A stretch of 64,000 nucleotides of DNA, from positions 3,348,001 to 3,412,000 of the forward strand of contig JAYWIR010000012.1 in NCBI GenBank assembly GCA_036172245.1, in the 5' to 3' direction. Shown one piece after another: positions 49,290-62,186 of the stretch (position 1 is its first letter; each line of letters opens with the position of its first letter). The position numbers were made by a program, and so were the translations under genes. The notes beneath the pieces were generated by a model. The model was not told the origin of the DNA and made no database searches. It was given only the letters and a program-made list of their open reading frames with translations. This DNA comes from Raillietiella orientalis. Its lineage: Eukaryota.

Positions 49290-51686
49290 AAATTTCTCGC
49301 AAATAAAGAGAATCCAAAATGAGCTAATGAAATAAAGTACACACTATTTCCAACCGCTTGCAACATCCTCATTCAAGGATTTAAGGATTGCCAAACCTCA
49401 AAAGATTACATTTTATGTCCTTTGATAAATACGTTTGCAGAATTCGCTTCAACAAAAAAATTCGTCCATAAGAATTTATCACATCACTACACAAAATGAA
49501 GGAAATATTAAAAACTATTTTCAAGAAATTTTATGAAATCTCTATTGAAGCTGATATGTTTTATTGGTACTAATTTAAAGAACCTTATTAAAGGCCGACT
49601 ACATGTCTATTGTCTAATCAAAGGCAACTGCAGTATACACTATCTTCAAAATACTAAAGTGACGCTGAATCAGTCGAAAAATGAATAAAAATATTTATTA
49701 AACATATTCTTGAAAACTTCGAGAAGCAATTCAATTTATAGTAAAATTATAGCTGCTTTTACAATGATTTCAGGAAATTACTGAGTCACAAGAAGCAACT
49801 AAGAAAATTTAACTAAAAAGACAGAGGCGGAAACATAAACATGGAGTATATAAAGGTTAGAGAAAAATCATTATTAGGGATGAAATGGTGTATTTCATTA
49901 AAAAATTATTAAATCATTAAGTGAAGAAAAACTAAAAAGTTAAAAAATGGAAATTAATGAATTTTATTCTTCAGCTAGTGAGTGATTCTAAACGGCATTT
50001 CTCAGAGAAATTATTGCACTGTAACAAATCTACTAAGGAAACAGCCATTTTGAAATACATTTAAGTTTTGGTATAGCTATTTTTCTCTAATAAATGGTAT
50101 GAGCCCTTTTATTGATGTAACTAAATTTGATGCAGTAATGGTAACCCATTACCTGTATGCATTACATGGAAATTTCTGTGTATACATCCTGATTTAGGGA
50201 ATCTTCTGTGGATTCTTATTTACAAGTTCAAATGCCATTCGAAAAGGACAGCAGTCCCTGTCACTCTCCTAGACGAGTGCAAAGATGTTCCTCAACAATC
50301 CACTGATAACTGCTATCACTTTTCGAGAATAGCAACCAAGAAGGATATTATTTCATTAGTGAGTCTATTATGAAAAATACTGTATATTCCAGCAATAGCA
50401 AACGTCCTTTAGTAGAATACAATAACGATTTCACGGTTTCAAAAAAGAGCTCGAAATGCTATTATGCGACAAATATACTCAAGGGAAAATTTGTTTTAGT
50501 AGTTTCCAATGTATAGCTTTATTCATAACTCCTGTCATTGATTATTTTCTTGATTTTCCTTTTAAGATAGTGTGCAACTTTCACGTTGCGTTTTGTTCTT
50601 TCAGGAGGCTTTGGATGCACTTGGCGAGTATTGGAGTCGCGTACAAATACCAAAAAATTTATGAAAAAGGTTATTTGAGATCTTGCTATACTTACTAGGG
50701 TGCTCATGTCCTCACAAATAGGAATGTATACAGCAGGGCTCTTTCATCATACACCTTGCTATGAAGTTTTACAAAAGATGGGAGCATGGGAAGTGTGAAC
50801 TTTTCAAAGCCAGAGTGTTTGTCTCTGTATTGTGTTTGTATCTTTTTATTTAGCAGTGTTTAGAGGTCAGATGGCTTTCGTAATTCGATCTGACTATTAT
50901 AATGTACTGAATGATTTTTTAATGACTTAAAATTTCAAAAAATAAGACTGACAGTGATGCCGCAACATTCTCGCTCGAGAATCCCACGTACTAAAAGTCT
51001 TTTTGATGGAAGAAAAATACGACAAAATATAAGCCAAAATATAAAATAAAATTACTAAAGTATGGAAGAACTAAGACTCTTTTCTTTCGAGTCCTAAAAC
51101 TAATGATTCTATCATTAAGTTTCTTAATTACATTAATCTTTTGACAGCAGATTCTTGTGTGTTGATTTTTGCTTTTCAATTCTCTTTTTCATTCTTTCAC
51201 ATATTTTCATTTTGTGTGTTTTTAAAATTGAAAGCTCCATTGTCTTTTGTAATGCGATGAACATCCTCGAATATCAATAAAAGCTTGAAAAACCGAAATA
51301 GAAATAAAAACTTTGCTTAGGATAAGTAAATAACTACATTTCTAACAAAAGTAGTAGTAAATAGCTTATATGGTTCATCATTCACATCAGAATTTGTTTC
51401 TAAAATGACGAAAATTAGAACAAGTAAGCACTAGATCTGGAGGAAGAATGAAGGAATAAAGATTAACAACTCATTCCAATTAGATTTTGTCAAAATTGCT
51501 GTTACTGAGAAGTGAAAATGCACTTTACGAACTGCAATACTGAACAAATACTGAAGGAATTCATTGGCAAAATACATGGCATTTCCAGTACACTACAAAA
51601 TAAAAACTCAAGTGATGAATAAAGTTCAGAAAGTGAAAAAAGAAAATAACAAAATCTGATATTATATGCTCCTATATGTGAAAAGC

Positions 51687-51836
51687 GAAAACGGCTGACT
51701 ACTCCGCTACATTCACGCTAACTCGTCTTCCCTATTTTTTATAGCAATCCATCTACATACTTTCCGCGCACTATACTTTTTCTCTTATAAAAATATTATG
51801 ACCTGAATAGCAGGACAACTTCATCTTATCCTACTA
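51687..51836 (+). pseudogene. cob: NUMT: mitochondrial cytochrome b fragment
   Basis: Invertebrate mitochondrial code gives [43 protein letters not shown] (TGA = Trp), the heme-ligand helix region. Confidence 0.88.
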
Positions 51837-51961
51837 TCTTAGAAAGACTCATCAATTAACAACCAACCATCACCCATCTTTCAGCATTATACTCATTAGA
51901 ATGACTTCATCATTCACCCACCACAATTCACGCATTTTCAGAATGACCATCTATATTCTAA
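51836..51961 (+). pseudogene. cox1: NUMT: cox1 C-terminus
   Basis: ILESLIN*QPTITHLSALYSLEWLHHSPTTIHAFSEWPSMF* matches the cox1 tail pattern (ES...SLEW...P..H.F.E.P); one internal stop. Confidence 0.78.
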
Positions 51962-52008
51962 TATAGCAGAATCAATGCAATGGACTTAAAATCCATACAT
52001 AATAGTCA
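51957..52008 (+). tRNA. trnL2: NUMT: mitochondrial tRNA-Leu(UUR), apparently short
   Basis: TCTAATATAGCAGAATCAATGCA followed by anticodon arm ATGGA-CTTAAAA-TCCAT (anticodon TAA), between cox1 and cox2. Confidence 0.8.
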
Positions 52009-52176
52009 GCTCCCCCTCATATTCCAAAATTCATACTCCCCTCTCATAGAACATCTCAATCTTTTACAAGACTATCTCATAACTATCATAATCACCATCT
52101 GTTTAATAATATTTGTATAACACCTTTACATATCTTACAAACTCTCACATAAACCTTCTCTTACTTAACTACCAGA
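52001..52176 (+). pseudogene. cox2: NUMT: cox2 N-terminus
   Basis: QLPLMFQNSYSPLMEHLNLLQDYLMTIMITICLMMF, then a frameshift and NSHMNLLLLNYQ. Confidence 0.82.
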
Positions 52177-52232
52177 CTCGTAGAACTTATTTGAACTTAT
52201 TTGGTGTGAACTCATAGAACTTATTTAGTGTG
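52176..52232. repeat. Short imperfect tandem duplication (GAACTTATTT x3) at the right NUMT junction
   Basis: actcgtagaacttatttgaacttatttggtgtgaactcatagaacttatttagtgtg. Confidence 0.7.
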
Positions 52233-52599
52233 TTTGTCAACGTTATATTTAGGTGGTAAAATTTAGAAAATAAGATTACATGGAAATTTAGAGAAAAGTC
52301 TATTCTTCAAGAGATCGAAAACTAAAGTATTCACTTTAGTGGAGTTGTTTATGCCACGATCAACACGAATTTCGCCCATCACGGATGAAAGTAAGCATTG
52401 CCAATAGCGATTCAATGAGAAGAAAGATCGAGTTCATCTAAACTAGTTCCAATGGAAATGTCGTTTCAATGTAACTATTTTCAAAAGGCAAGCAATTGCA
52501 ATCTCATGTTACTATGTTTCAAAAATGCACTTTGCAGATCTGAAAATTTTATTCCCAGAGAGAAACAAACAGCGGGTTGCTTGTTTTTCTGGGAACAAT

Positions 52600-55500
52600 T
52601 CGATAGATGTATCTCAGAGCATCTCCGTGAACTCCTGCGGGGATTCGAACTGCAGAGTCGCGAGGATTGGGACAACTTAAAAGGCTCAGTCCGAGAGTTC
52701 TGCGACCAGTTCCCCCTGGACCGTCTTCCTCCAAGTTTCGGCGTTGCCACCCGGTCACGGTGGGGCGTTTATTAAAAACTCATCCATACATTTGTGATAC
52801 GAGGCCCCACTACGGTCAACACATCATGGGACCTGCCGGGGCACCGGGACGAGACCGACTCGACTCTCCTCGGCAGCGGAAGGGGATGGGGGCTCATGAA
52901 CTCTCTGCCTGCGATCCGGCAGGAGACCTGCCACCTCAGCGTCCGGCTGCTGCCTAGCACCCGGTAGTGTGAAAGAAGAGCAGAGTTTGCTGCCAGAGGG
53001 CATGCCAGCATTGGGGGAGGAGGAGCGAAGTCTCGAGGAGCCGTTCACGATGGCAGAGATCATCATTGCTATCAGAAAGCTGAAGAGGTGCAAGGCACCA
53101 GGGAAGGACGGCCTGCCCGCGGAGTTTTACCAACGCTCCGCGTCAGAGCTGGTCCCCCTGGTGCACAGATTATGCACGCTGATCCTAGAAGGAAACGAAG
53201 TACCCGCCTCGTTTCGGTCAGCAAGAGTACGTCTCCTACCGAAGTCAGGAGACTTACGCAAGATTGGCAACTGGAGTCCCATCACAGTGGTGAACGCGAA
53301 TGCGAAGTTGCTCGCCAAACTGTGCACGCAGCGACGTCAGCAGACGTACGCTGTTCCCGGACAAAGCATGGAGACCAACCTGTTCTTCGCTAGCACATGG
53401 TGCAGTTGCGATAACGCGTCACACCGGCAGGTCAAGAGGATCCTGGATTCCTTTCTGAATAGGGAGGGAGAGGCCATCAAGAAACGGATGCATCAGTAGT
53501 CTTTGCAGTTGCGGTCGATTTTCGCAAAGCTTTCGACTGCGTTGACCAGGAATTCCTTCTGGAGTTCCTGAAACGCATGGGTTTCCCGACCGTGTTCCCG
53601 ACCTATCTGCGCTCTTGCTGGAGCTACGCGATCATCAAAACTTCTTTTAGCGGCCGACGCGTGCATGGCTTGCCCGTTCGCCGCGGCATAAGGCAGGATA
53701 ACGGCATGAGTCCCCTGCTCTTCAGCATCTACTTTGAATTGGTGCTGAGAGCATAAAAAGACACTATGGCAACTCTGCTGAGCTCGTGTCCGGGCACTCC
53801 TGACGTGTCGGCTTATGCGGACGATCTCCTACTGCTGCTCCCTGTATTCATCCCTGCGTCAGCACTCGAGGGCTTCGAGTGCTAAGTCGGGCCTCAGACC
53901 TCGAGGCGAACAGGGCGAAGTCGTCGTTGGTACCGGTCGGCGCGGTGTAGGCCGGACGGTCGGACTGGATCCGCTTGAAGATTCCCACGGGCGAGTACTT
54001 CAAGTACCTTGGCGTTCCGTTGGGGGACTTCTGCGTTGCGGAAGTCTGGTCTGGCCTTTTCCAAAAAGTAGAGATGATGGCGCCCGGCCCGTTCCAGAAC
54101 GGGAAGGAACGAGCCGCGGTGTGTAACTCGTTTGCGGCCCTCCTCTTCCACTCCCTGCTTTCTGTTTGCTCCGCCTCACCTGACATCAAGAGAAGGACCG
54201 AGGATCTTCTGAGGACAGTCCTGTGGGGCATAGGGAGTTCCAGAGTCCGACTCGAAGACTTGTGTGCTCCGCGTAAGGATGGCGGACTGATCCTCCTTAC
54301 GCTGCAGCGGATGGAGCGTTAGCTCCAAATCCGAAGACTCGCCCTTGTGCCGATGTTATGGATCACGCCCTGGCGCGTGCCAGCACGGCCTCCTCGACAG
54401 AAGAGCAATCGGATCGACCTCGTTCCAACGATACCAGTTTGAGGAGGCAATATGACCCTCAACTGAGTGAGATGGTTGCCCTGATGGTTGACCTGGATGT
54501 CCTGCCTTCCTGCAAACCGCACCACCTGTCTCCAAGAATCCGTTGGCACCTAGGGAAAGATCCACGGCACGAGCGAGGTGGGGTATGCCTGCCTGCAACG
54601 AGGCATCAACGCTCGAAAGTCGTTGGATGAGATCGTTTGCAACCCGCTCAGGATGCGGTGGGCCTCGTCTACCCCCCTTGCCCCAGTACTGCCCTGCCTA
54701 AGGGACGCAAGGAACAGCGTGATCCCGACAATGTGGGAAATAAAATGCTGCATAGCAGCATAGAAGGAACTTCTGGGCGGGTGGACAACTCGGGAGGTGA
54801 CGGACGCTCCCACCCCGAGTGTTCCACCTCAAGGACTCCTACACTGAAGAGGGCTACTTGGAATCCCTCCGGAGAGATAAACCGGCCTCGATCGTGCTGA
54901 ACCAGCGGCCTCCTCCCCCTCGAGTGGTAGGAGTTGGCGCTGCTGGTGGTGCTTGGGTAATTCCGTGGAAAGTTCGCCTTCATCACTGGACACGGGGGAG
55001 AGTGGACGTTTGGGGCGACAGGTGCGGGAAGAAGGAGACTATCTCGCACCTGCTGTTGGACCGTGCTGCCCACCGACCCCTTAGGGATTGCCTCGCGGCG
55101 ACCCTGGGAATCCCAGTGGGCGTCCCCAGGGAAATTTTGAAACGCCTCTTGGTGCGTGATGCCGCACTCCCATCATCCGCGTGCGCCCCTCTCAATTTTG
55201 TGCTACCTTCGCGGGATCGCGGCGGCCTGGAACGCCAGAAGAAGGACCGAAATGGCAGGGACGCCATCCACTGGATGCGGATCTTCCAGTAGACTGCCTC
55301 GAGATGACCCCACTTGGGCGTGATACGGGCGGAACTTGTCAGCATCCTGAACAGGATGCAGAGGACATCTGGCAGCGTACCATGATCCCTTTCTCGGTCC
55401 CCCCCCCCCTCCCTGTGTATGAATCCCTTCCTCTGTTTTGTGTGTTTTACTTTTGTTTTTGTTTTCCCCACCCCTACGCTGCCGAAGCGGACGTCGCCGA

Positions 55501-55617
55501 TCTATGTTCCGGTCTTCGGCAGGTTCCTTGCACGTGATAGAACCACGTGTTCTACCACAGCATTGTATTTTTATTATATCACGTAATAAATGCCCCGGCA
55601 CAACTGCGTGATAATCA
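52600..55617 (+). mobile_element. 5'-truncated, decayed L1/Tx1-clade LINE ORF2 (reverse transcriptase plus zinc knuckle)
   Basis: Motifs in order: WDNLKGSVREFC, KAPGKDGLPAEFY, LLPKSGDLRKIGNWSPIT, VDFRKAFDCVD, GIRQDNGMSPLLF, AYADDL, KYLGVPL, RCGKKETISHLLLD. Several stops and frameshifts; T-rich UTR; AATAAA at 55585. Confidence 0.92.
52744..52950 (-). mobile_element. Short inverted LINE 3'-UTR piece nested in the large LINE
   Basis: Minus strand reads TTTTAATAAACGCCCCACCGTGACCGGGTGGCAA, the shared LINE terminal motif. ORF2 homology of the host element is broken here. The right boundary is approximate. Confidence 0.55.
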
Positions 55618-56663
55618 TCCTTTCGCTACTTCTTTCTGTCTGAAGAAGACACTCATCCGGTGGCAGGAACTGCTCCGTGTGGTCCCGGAAAACTTGTGGT
55701 CCCTCCCTGTGTGTGGACACCTCTGTGTTTCCCTTGAAAAGGAAACTGGACATCCTTCCATTTTCGCACCGGGGTCCGATGCCGAACGGAACACTTCTAG
55801 GGTGGCTGCGTTGCCAACCGTTTCAGGTGCGCGGCACAATCGAATCCTTCCCGCCTCGACCGTTGGACTGCCGCGCCCTCTACAGACTGCAGTGAAGGCT
55901 CTCCAGTCGGTGACTCGTCGTCGAGCGCGGCGGGCTCCCAACAGGCGTCTCCGGGCGACTGCGACGGCGCGGGACGCTCCGTCCGAGCCGTCGTCACAGC
56001 CCGCCGTGCGTTGGACTCCCGTACAAAGAGAAGGATGTCCCCATCTCGCAGACGCCTACATGGGGACGGCTGCGAGCCGACCTTACCTGGAAGAAGTCGC
56101 GACGGAGGTCGCCACCGTTCGGCGCCGGCTGCAGGGAAGGAAGAGCAGCTTGAATTCTAGAGTTCCCTGTTTTCATTCTGTTCACTTTCTTTTGCTGCTG
56201 ATTCCTTGTCCCATTCCTGCCGCTCCGGACTTCCTCCAGTCCCGGCCTGCGTTCCCGGTTAACTCTCCTGCTGAACTTTTTTTCTCTTTGCTTTGTGGGA
56301 ACTCATTTACCAACTTGCTTGTTTGTTTGAAAGAGACTCCCCGTAGCCACTGGATCAAAGCGAGTGGTCGCAGGGGCGCGCGGCACCCTCCGCGGCGGAC
56401 GGGCTGCGCGAAGAGGGAGTGGGCGGAAGGCGGAGTTTTCCATCAGCTGCTTCTTCCTCGGAGCACCCGGTCGCCACAGAAACGCCGTCGGGAAAAGCCA
56501 CGGACGAGAGGCCGCGCGAGTTCCGTCGGCTGCATCATGGAGTTGGCTCCGACAGACATGCCCTAAGTCTTCGGTGCCCCCTCCACCCCTTTTTTTGGCT
56601 GGAGGGCGGGCAGCGTTTGTTTGGACTCACTGGGCCAAGGGCTCCCGTTCCCAGGAGGTGGGG

Positions 56664-57400
56664 TGGTTTGTTACCCGGTTGCGCCGGGACGTTTATTAAT
56701 AAGAAATCATCTGGGAACACAGTTCCCAGTCGAGGGGAGCAGAAGTTAAGGGGGAGGGCTTCCTGACACGCAGGTCGGGCATACTGAGAGTTCGGAACGG
56801 CAGAGAGGAGAGAATGAATAAATAAAAATAGTGGGGCGGGTAGGGACAGGCGTCTGCAGCATCAGCCGTTCCTATTCTCAGAACCGGAGGTGAATGCCGA
56901 CAATCTCCGTCCTCACTTCGTCAAGGTGTGGCCACCCGGAAGCCAATTCCAGATTGCAGGCTGCACTGTCGGGGACCGCTCGCAGCTGCAATACGTGGCG
57001 GGCCCTGACAATGGCGCGAACGCAGCAGATGATTGCGATGACCGCACCAAGCGAAGAAGCGGCTCATCCAGTCCATTGCGGTGTCCCCCGGATGCAGGAG
57101 CGCTGAAGACAACCGCCGCCACAGTCTCTGGAGGGCACCGCATTCGAATAGCAGGTAGGTAAGCGATTCCACCGCTCCAATTTTGCACAGCTGGGGGACG
57201 CGACTCCCACGGAAACCAGGTGCGCGCGCTGGTTGCAATACAGACCCCAATGCACCAGCAGAAAAGCGTTCTGTTTCCACCGGAGGGGGAACACAGTCGT
57301 GTGCAAGCAAGGGGAGGTGGGGTGGTGGTGGTCGTCTCCCACCTCCTGTGCTCGCTTGTCCAGGCTCTCACGGACGACCCGCGCAAACTCGTGCCGATCC
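56664..57400 (-). mobile_element. L1/Tx1-type LINE 3' fragment
   Basis: LCKIGAVESLTYLLFECGALQRLW knuckle remnant, T-rich UTR (56810-56830 on minus) and terminal AATAAACGTCCCGGCGCAACCGGGTAACAAACCA. Confidence 0.7.
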
Positions 57401-57464
57401 CGAAGGACGAACTCGTGCGGAAGACGAGGAGGAGGAAGCAGAACTCATGAGAAACCAGTGTCAT

Positions 57465-57570
57465 GCTGAGGGGGAGACTCGACTCCTACGACGCGCCCAT
57501 TTCTCTTGCCGTCGATCCTTCCACCTGTGGGATTCGAACCCGCGACGCACGGCACCGCGCGACCTCCAAC
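57465..57570 (-). mobile_element. Head-only fragment of the SINE-like family
   Basis: cgacgcgcccatttctcttgccgtcgatccttccacctgtgggattcgaacccgcgacg matches 33210-33270. Confidence 0.7.
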
Positions 57571-57619
57571 GCGGGCAAAAAAAAAAAAAAGTGTCAAAGA
57601 GCTTTGTGAGCCCCTAGCC

Positions 57620-57915
57620 TCTCCCTGAAGGAGACAGCGCACTTCTTGACACTGAAGAGATGTCGAACCACCAGCCCTTCCATGGTATTCCATCTTCACA
57701 TCCAGAGGGGAACTCCGAAGAGCTGTTGGATTCCTGGAAGGACCCCGAAGGGTCGAATTCCAATCCTGGCTAGTCAAGGGGGGCATCCGGCTTCCACCAG
57801 TGCCGTTCCCGGAGCCAATCAATGCCATCCTGTAGGGGGACTCGAAATCCACGACGCATCTGTTTCTTTGGTGTCGATCCCTTTCCGGGCAGGATTCGAA
57901 CCCGCATGGCCGGCA
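57620..57915 (-). mobile_element. Partial SINE-like copy (head plus proximal body)
   Basis: ggattcctggaaggaccccgaagggtcgaattc...gggcatccggct...gtcgatccctttccgggcaggattcgaaccc matches 3790-3965. Confidence 0.72.
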
Positions 57916-58672
57916 ACATGGGACAGGGAAGGCAGCAGCAGCAGCAGCCTCGATCCCCTCTTCGGGTCTTCTATAGAAAATCCAGGAATTTCAGCGCGAG
58001 GCTTTTCCCACCAAGGTGGCGCGGTCGGAAACTGATCAGAGCTAGCTTCTTGGATGGAGGAGGAGTTCTTGGTTTGCTGAGATCCCCACGATCTTTCTTC
58101 GCCAGAAATGCCTGCAGCCTCTTCTCGATTGAATGTCCATCTTTCTCGTGAGGATCCACGCGTTGTTAGGAGCACTAGCTTGGGTCTGGCGCCGGACGCG
58201 AACGCTGGAGGGTAAGCAGCTTCTGAGAGATCAGCGCACATCCTCAGGTGGATCTCAGCAGACGTCCCCATGGCAAAGTTGATGAAATGACGTCCAATCA
58301 TCCAGAGAAATGATTCTTCCCGTTCCCAAGGCATCTTCAGATGGTTTGACCGAGACGAGATAAGAACGATGTTGTTGCTGTTGTTTGGTGCAGTGGAGCG
58401 CAGCTTTGAACATGGATGCCGTTGGTTGCCACGCCTCAATCCAACAAACTACAGTGAAATCTTTGAAATCAAATAGGAGAGACAACCTGGAGTGTTATAT
58501 CGGCAAAGATCAGAGACTTCACGATAAACAGGAAACTGGTACTCGAATCCCTTGCGGGAAAGAACAGTTGGTTGCATCCAACCAATTATTTGGAGGTTCT
58601 GCTTTTCGGTGATTTCTACGGCTTTAAAAGTGGCATTTATTATACACCCTGCCTCCAGAGCTTCATCGGTGA

Positions 58673-58706
58673 ACTTTTCTCGACTCTTTGGCTAAGATCA
58701 AAGTAT
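58673..58706 (+). pseudogene. U2: Second, more decayed U2 snRNA 5' fragment
   Basis: ttctcgactctttggctaagatcaaagtatg; no clear target-site duplication. Confidence 0.6.
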
Positions 58707-61700
58707 GCTCCTGAGAGGAGAGGCTGAAAACCGAATGAGAAATTTTCCCGAACCAGGAAAGAAGCGGCCGCGAAAACGAATGCACGTTAACACACCAGCA
58801 ACACCAAAGCTTGTTAAGATTGTGAAGTTTCCTTTGCAACTGGCTGAACTACTCGCCTTCTCGAGGTACGGAAGAAGGAACCCATTCATCCAAGCGTTGC
58901 GTACATTCAGAGTAAAGCGAAAATGAAACACTACTGCAGAGTGCAAGTAAGTTGTTTTGAGCAGACTGAGATTTGGTTTCAGACGTAGTGGAAACGGAAC
59001 GAGATTGATTTCTCCAGTTTGCTCTTGGCGTTGAATAGAGGAACGACAGTATTGTCTGCGTGAAAAGACCGCAAGAGAATCAAACAGGAAAATTTTCAAC
59101 GCAATAAAGTTTTCTTGTAGGCTGAAGCTATGAATCGTGCTTTAATCTGCTCTATTGGCAAACAGTACGTCGATCAAAAATCTCGAACTTCACAAAAAGA
59201 GACATTCTTGGATGGAGTTTGTAAACTATCTCAGTACAGCAATTTCATCACGACTTCTGAAAAAAGTTAAGAATATTAATGGTGATGATGATAATAATAT
59301 GGTTTATTAGTGTTACAGGTCACTGAATCTTGATCATGGTATCTTGTCCCGTAATTAGAATGTTGAGAAACATAGTCCACATTTGGTATTAAACAAAAAA
59401 TGATTTCTGTAATCCATTTCAACTTTTTCTACTTCAGCTTTCGACTTTTAGTTACAAATTCGGAGATATACAAATAGATTGTTCTATAACAGTTAGATAC
59501 GTCTTTCATTCGAGAGAATTCAGGATTTCGCTTTTACAAACGGATAATTTCGACACCAACTCGACCTTAATCCTTGTTTACCATACGTTCAGGTCCCTCT
59601 TGCTGCTTAGAGGAACGGTTGCCAATCGTATAATTAAATACTGCACACTTTATTTTTTAAATTTATATATATCTCATTATTTCAACTAACATTAAATCAC
59701 ATGTGAAAATCTTTACTAACAGCTTTAAGGATAATTAAATCCTAAATTTAATACATGTATTTCTGTCATATTAGTCTTCAATTTCAAACAAGAACTTTTT
59801 CCTTTTTGTTGTAAACAAAATATTCTATTAAACTATCCCCTGCCTTTTTAAAATAATGAAATTTAAAATTTATCTAATGAACACTAAAAATATTTTAAGA
59901 ATACATCTTTCCCCCCTGCTATTACTTTTAATATATTTAATTAAAGGATAATATATTATAGATTAATAATAAATTATTGTTATAAAAAACATTTGGGGTT
60001 TATAGATCAAAGAATATTTTCAATCTATTCTAAAGGTTCCTTGTATCCCCATCAATATGCACCTGTGGACTGTGATTAACTGCATGGACCAAATGAGTAA
60101 CAGCATCTTAATTTTATGCAGATACCTTTCCATTACTTTGTTCTCAGCTCCGAACAGTTTGCTTTATTTGTGATCTCGGGGTGCAAAGAATTAAGCCATT
60201 CAGTTTCCACAGTGCTCCATGCTGGTTGGTGAGTTCCTTTTTTGAAAAACAATGCATTTTGGCTGGATGAAATTTTCCATCACATGACTGAGATTTGATT
60301 CATTTCATTATTCGTCATTAAGCACCAAGGGCATGGAAGTTTCCTGGGTTTGGGTCTCCTGGAACCCTTGTAACGGATCCTGGAATTGTGTGGAATTGCG
60401 CTTCAGTACTTTCACTTTGGGAATTTAGAACTTTTTACAGCAGCTATTAGTTACTGAACACAAATTTGCTCCCACAGAAGATTGCCTTTTCTGTCTGCTT
60501 TCACGTTGGGGAATTTTAGTTTGTTTCTTCCTTTTTTTCTAGACCAATCCTATTTCTTAATCCGAGGGATTAATTTTATGTAAGAGGAAAAAGAAAGAAA
60601 AATCAGCAGGCACTTTTCCACACTTGGCTCAGTCATCATGAGTGCAAACTCTCTAGGGTGCTTCTCTATAGAAAATTTTCCAAACATAGGATGCAAAAGA
60701 AACGAGAAAAGAGCTGCATTAATTATATTCTCCTTTTTCGCTCTACTTGGTTCAATGCCTTTCCTATCTGCAAGCTGCACTTAAATGTAAGCTAAAACAA
60801 GCAGGCTCAATGCAATGGAATGAAACGAGAATGGGATGAGAATGTCAGCAATTCATTCAAGCCCCACCTGATGTGGAGCCGTACTCAAACCCTTCGTTTT
60901 GCTCAGCTTTGGTGACTCATTGGCAAACGTTTGCCATACCTTGGGCTCAGCAAACGCTAAAAGGCTGTCTAAAGAGCAGCATTGCTTCAGAAAAATTCAC
61001 CTCTCCGTATGGAATCCCCAACGTGTGGGGAAACCACTCGGCTCACGATGGGCTATCAGTCTGGCTTGATTTGAATATGGGATTGACATTGCATTTTTCC
61101 GTAACCCAATTTTGTTACGTAAAGTACTCGTGCTTTGCGTTAGTCAATGGATGTCTATACATATTAAAAAAAAAAAAAAAAAAAAAATCCCTACGCAAAC
61201 CCCTATTCGCTCATTATATGTAAAGATCATTAAGGTCCTCTGTTCCCTTGCTTTTATCGACGCAATACGACGTGCTTCTTTGACTACAAGAACGGGATTA
61301 GCGAGGCAGGATAAACGGGACTCTGCCTGTGGTGGACGACGAAGATTACAGCGTCGTCACATAGCATACAAAACGTTAGTATCTGCAACGAATCGACATT
61401 CGGATCCTTTTAAGGAAGTTGTCCTTGCAGATTAATGAATCCACCTTTGGGCAGAGGGTACCAAGCTCCTGTCATTAATCCCCCTTGGCTAACGCAAACG
61501 CAGCGACTAAAGTGACCACGCTCGAATGCTACAATCATTTCCAATTACACCACAACAGGGATGCCGGTTTTTCCGTCAGGTTCACAATTTTTCTCCCGAC
61601 TCTTTATGGCATGCGGCCCCCATCTCGGCAACGCAGATTTGACTCATTTATCGACTTGGAAATTTCTCATTGTCAAATGCACAAAGTTTCAGTACCAAAA

Positions 61701-62186
61701 TTCGCAAAACTACGTAGTCGCGTGCAACAGACTACTGGTTTTTGTCCTCCATTTTAAATTCTCTTGGCCAATAACGCTGGCAGCTTTTGCTCAACTTGGA
61801 AGTTTGGTATCTCAGATTTGTGCCATTACGCACTGATTACTCTGGCAATAAACATCGCTCTGTTTCTTGAAAAGTTCAGCACTGGAAACCGCTATTTGTT
61901 CGATGGGATGCTTCAATTTTGAAAACGAAATACTAAAACCGCCTTGAAATAATGTACCATACAAATATTTTATTAAATGATAATGCGGTTTACGTCCATT
62001 TTTTTTTTTCCCCTTCTTGATATGGCACAACTGAGAAATTACAGCAGACTTCGATTAAAATTTATTACGAAATAGGTAACTGGAGGAAGAATGTATACAA
62101 CAAATATTAAGGGAAGCTTTCATTAATAAAATTCACAATGCTGGGCAGAATCAGACATGTTTTGCAGACTGAAACTAAGTATTCTG

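Noticed and set aside
49496..50900. Possible short-intron gene divergent from EXOSC7
   Set aside because: Splice-like signals exist, but I could not join the pieces into a stop-free model or recognise a domain.
55620..56566. 339-aa plus-strand ORF after the LINE
   Set aside because: It starts in the LINE 3' UTR, has no recognisable motif and is expected by chance at this GC content.
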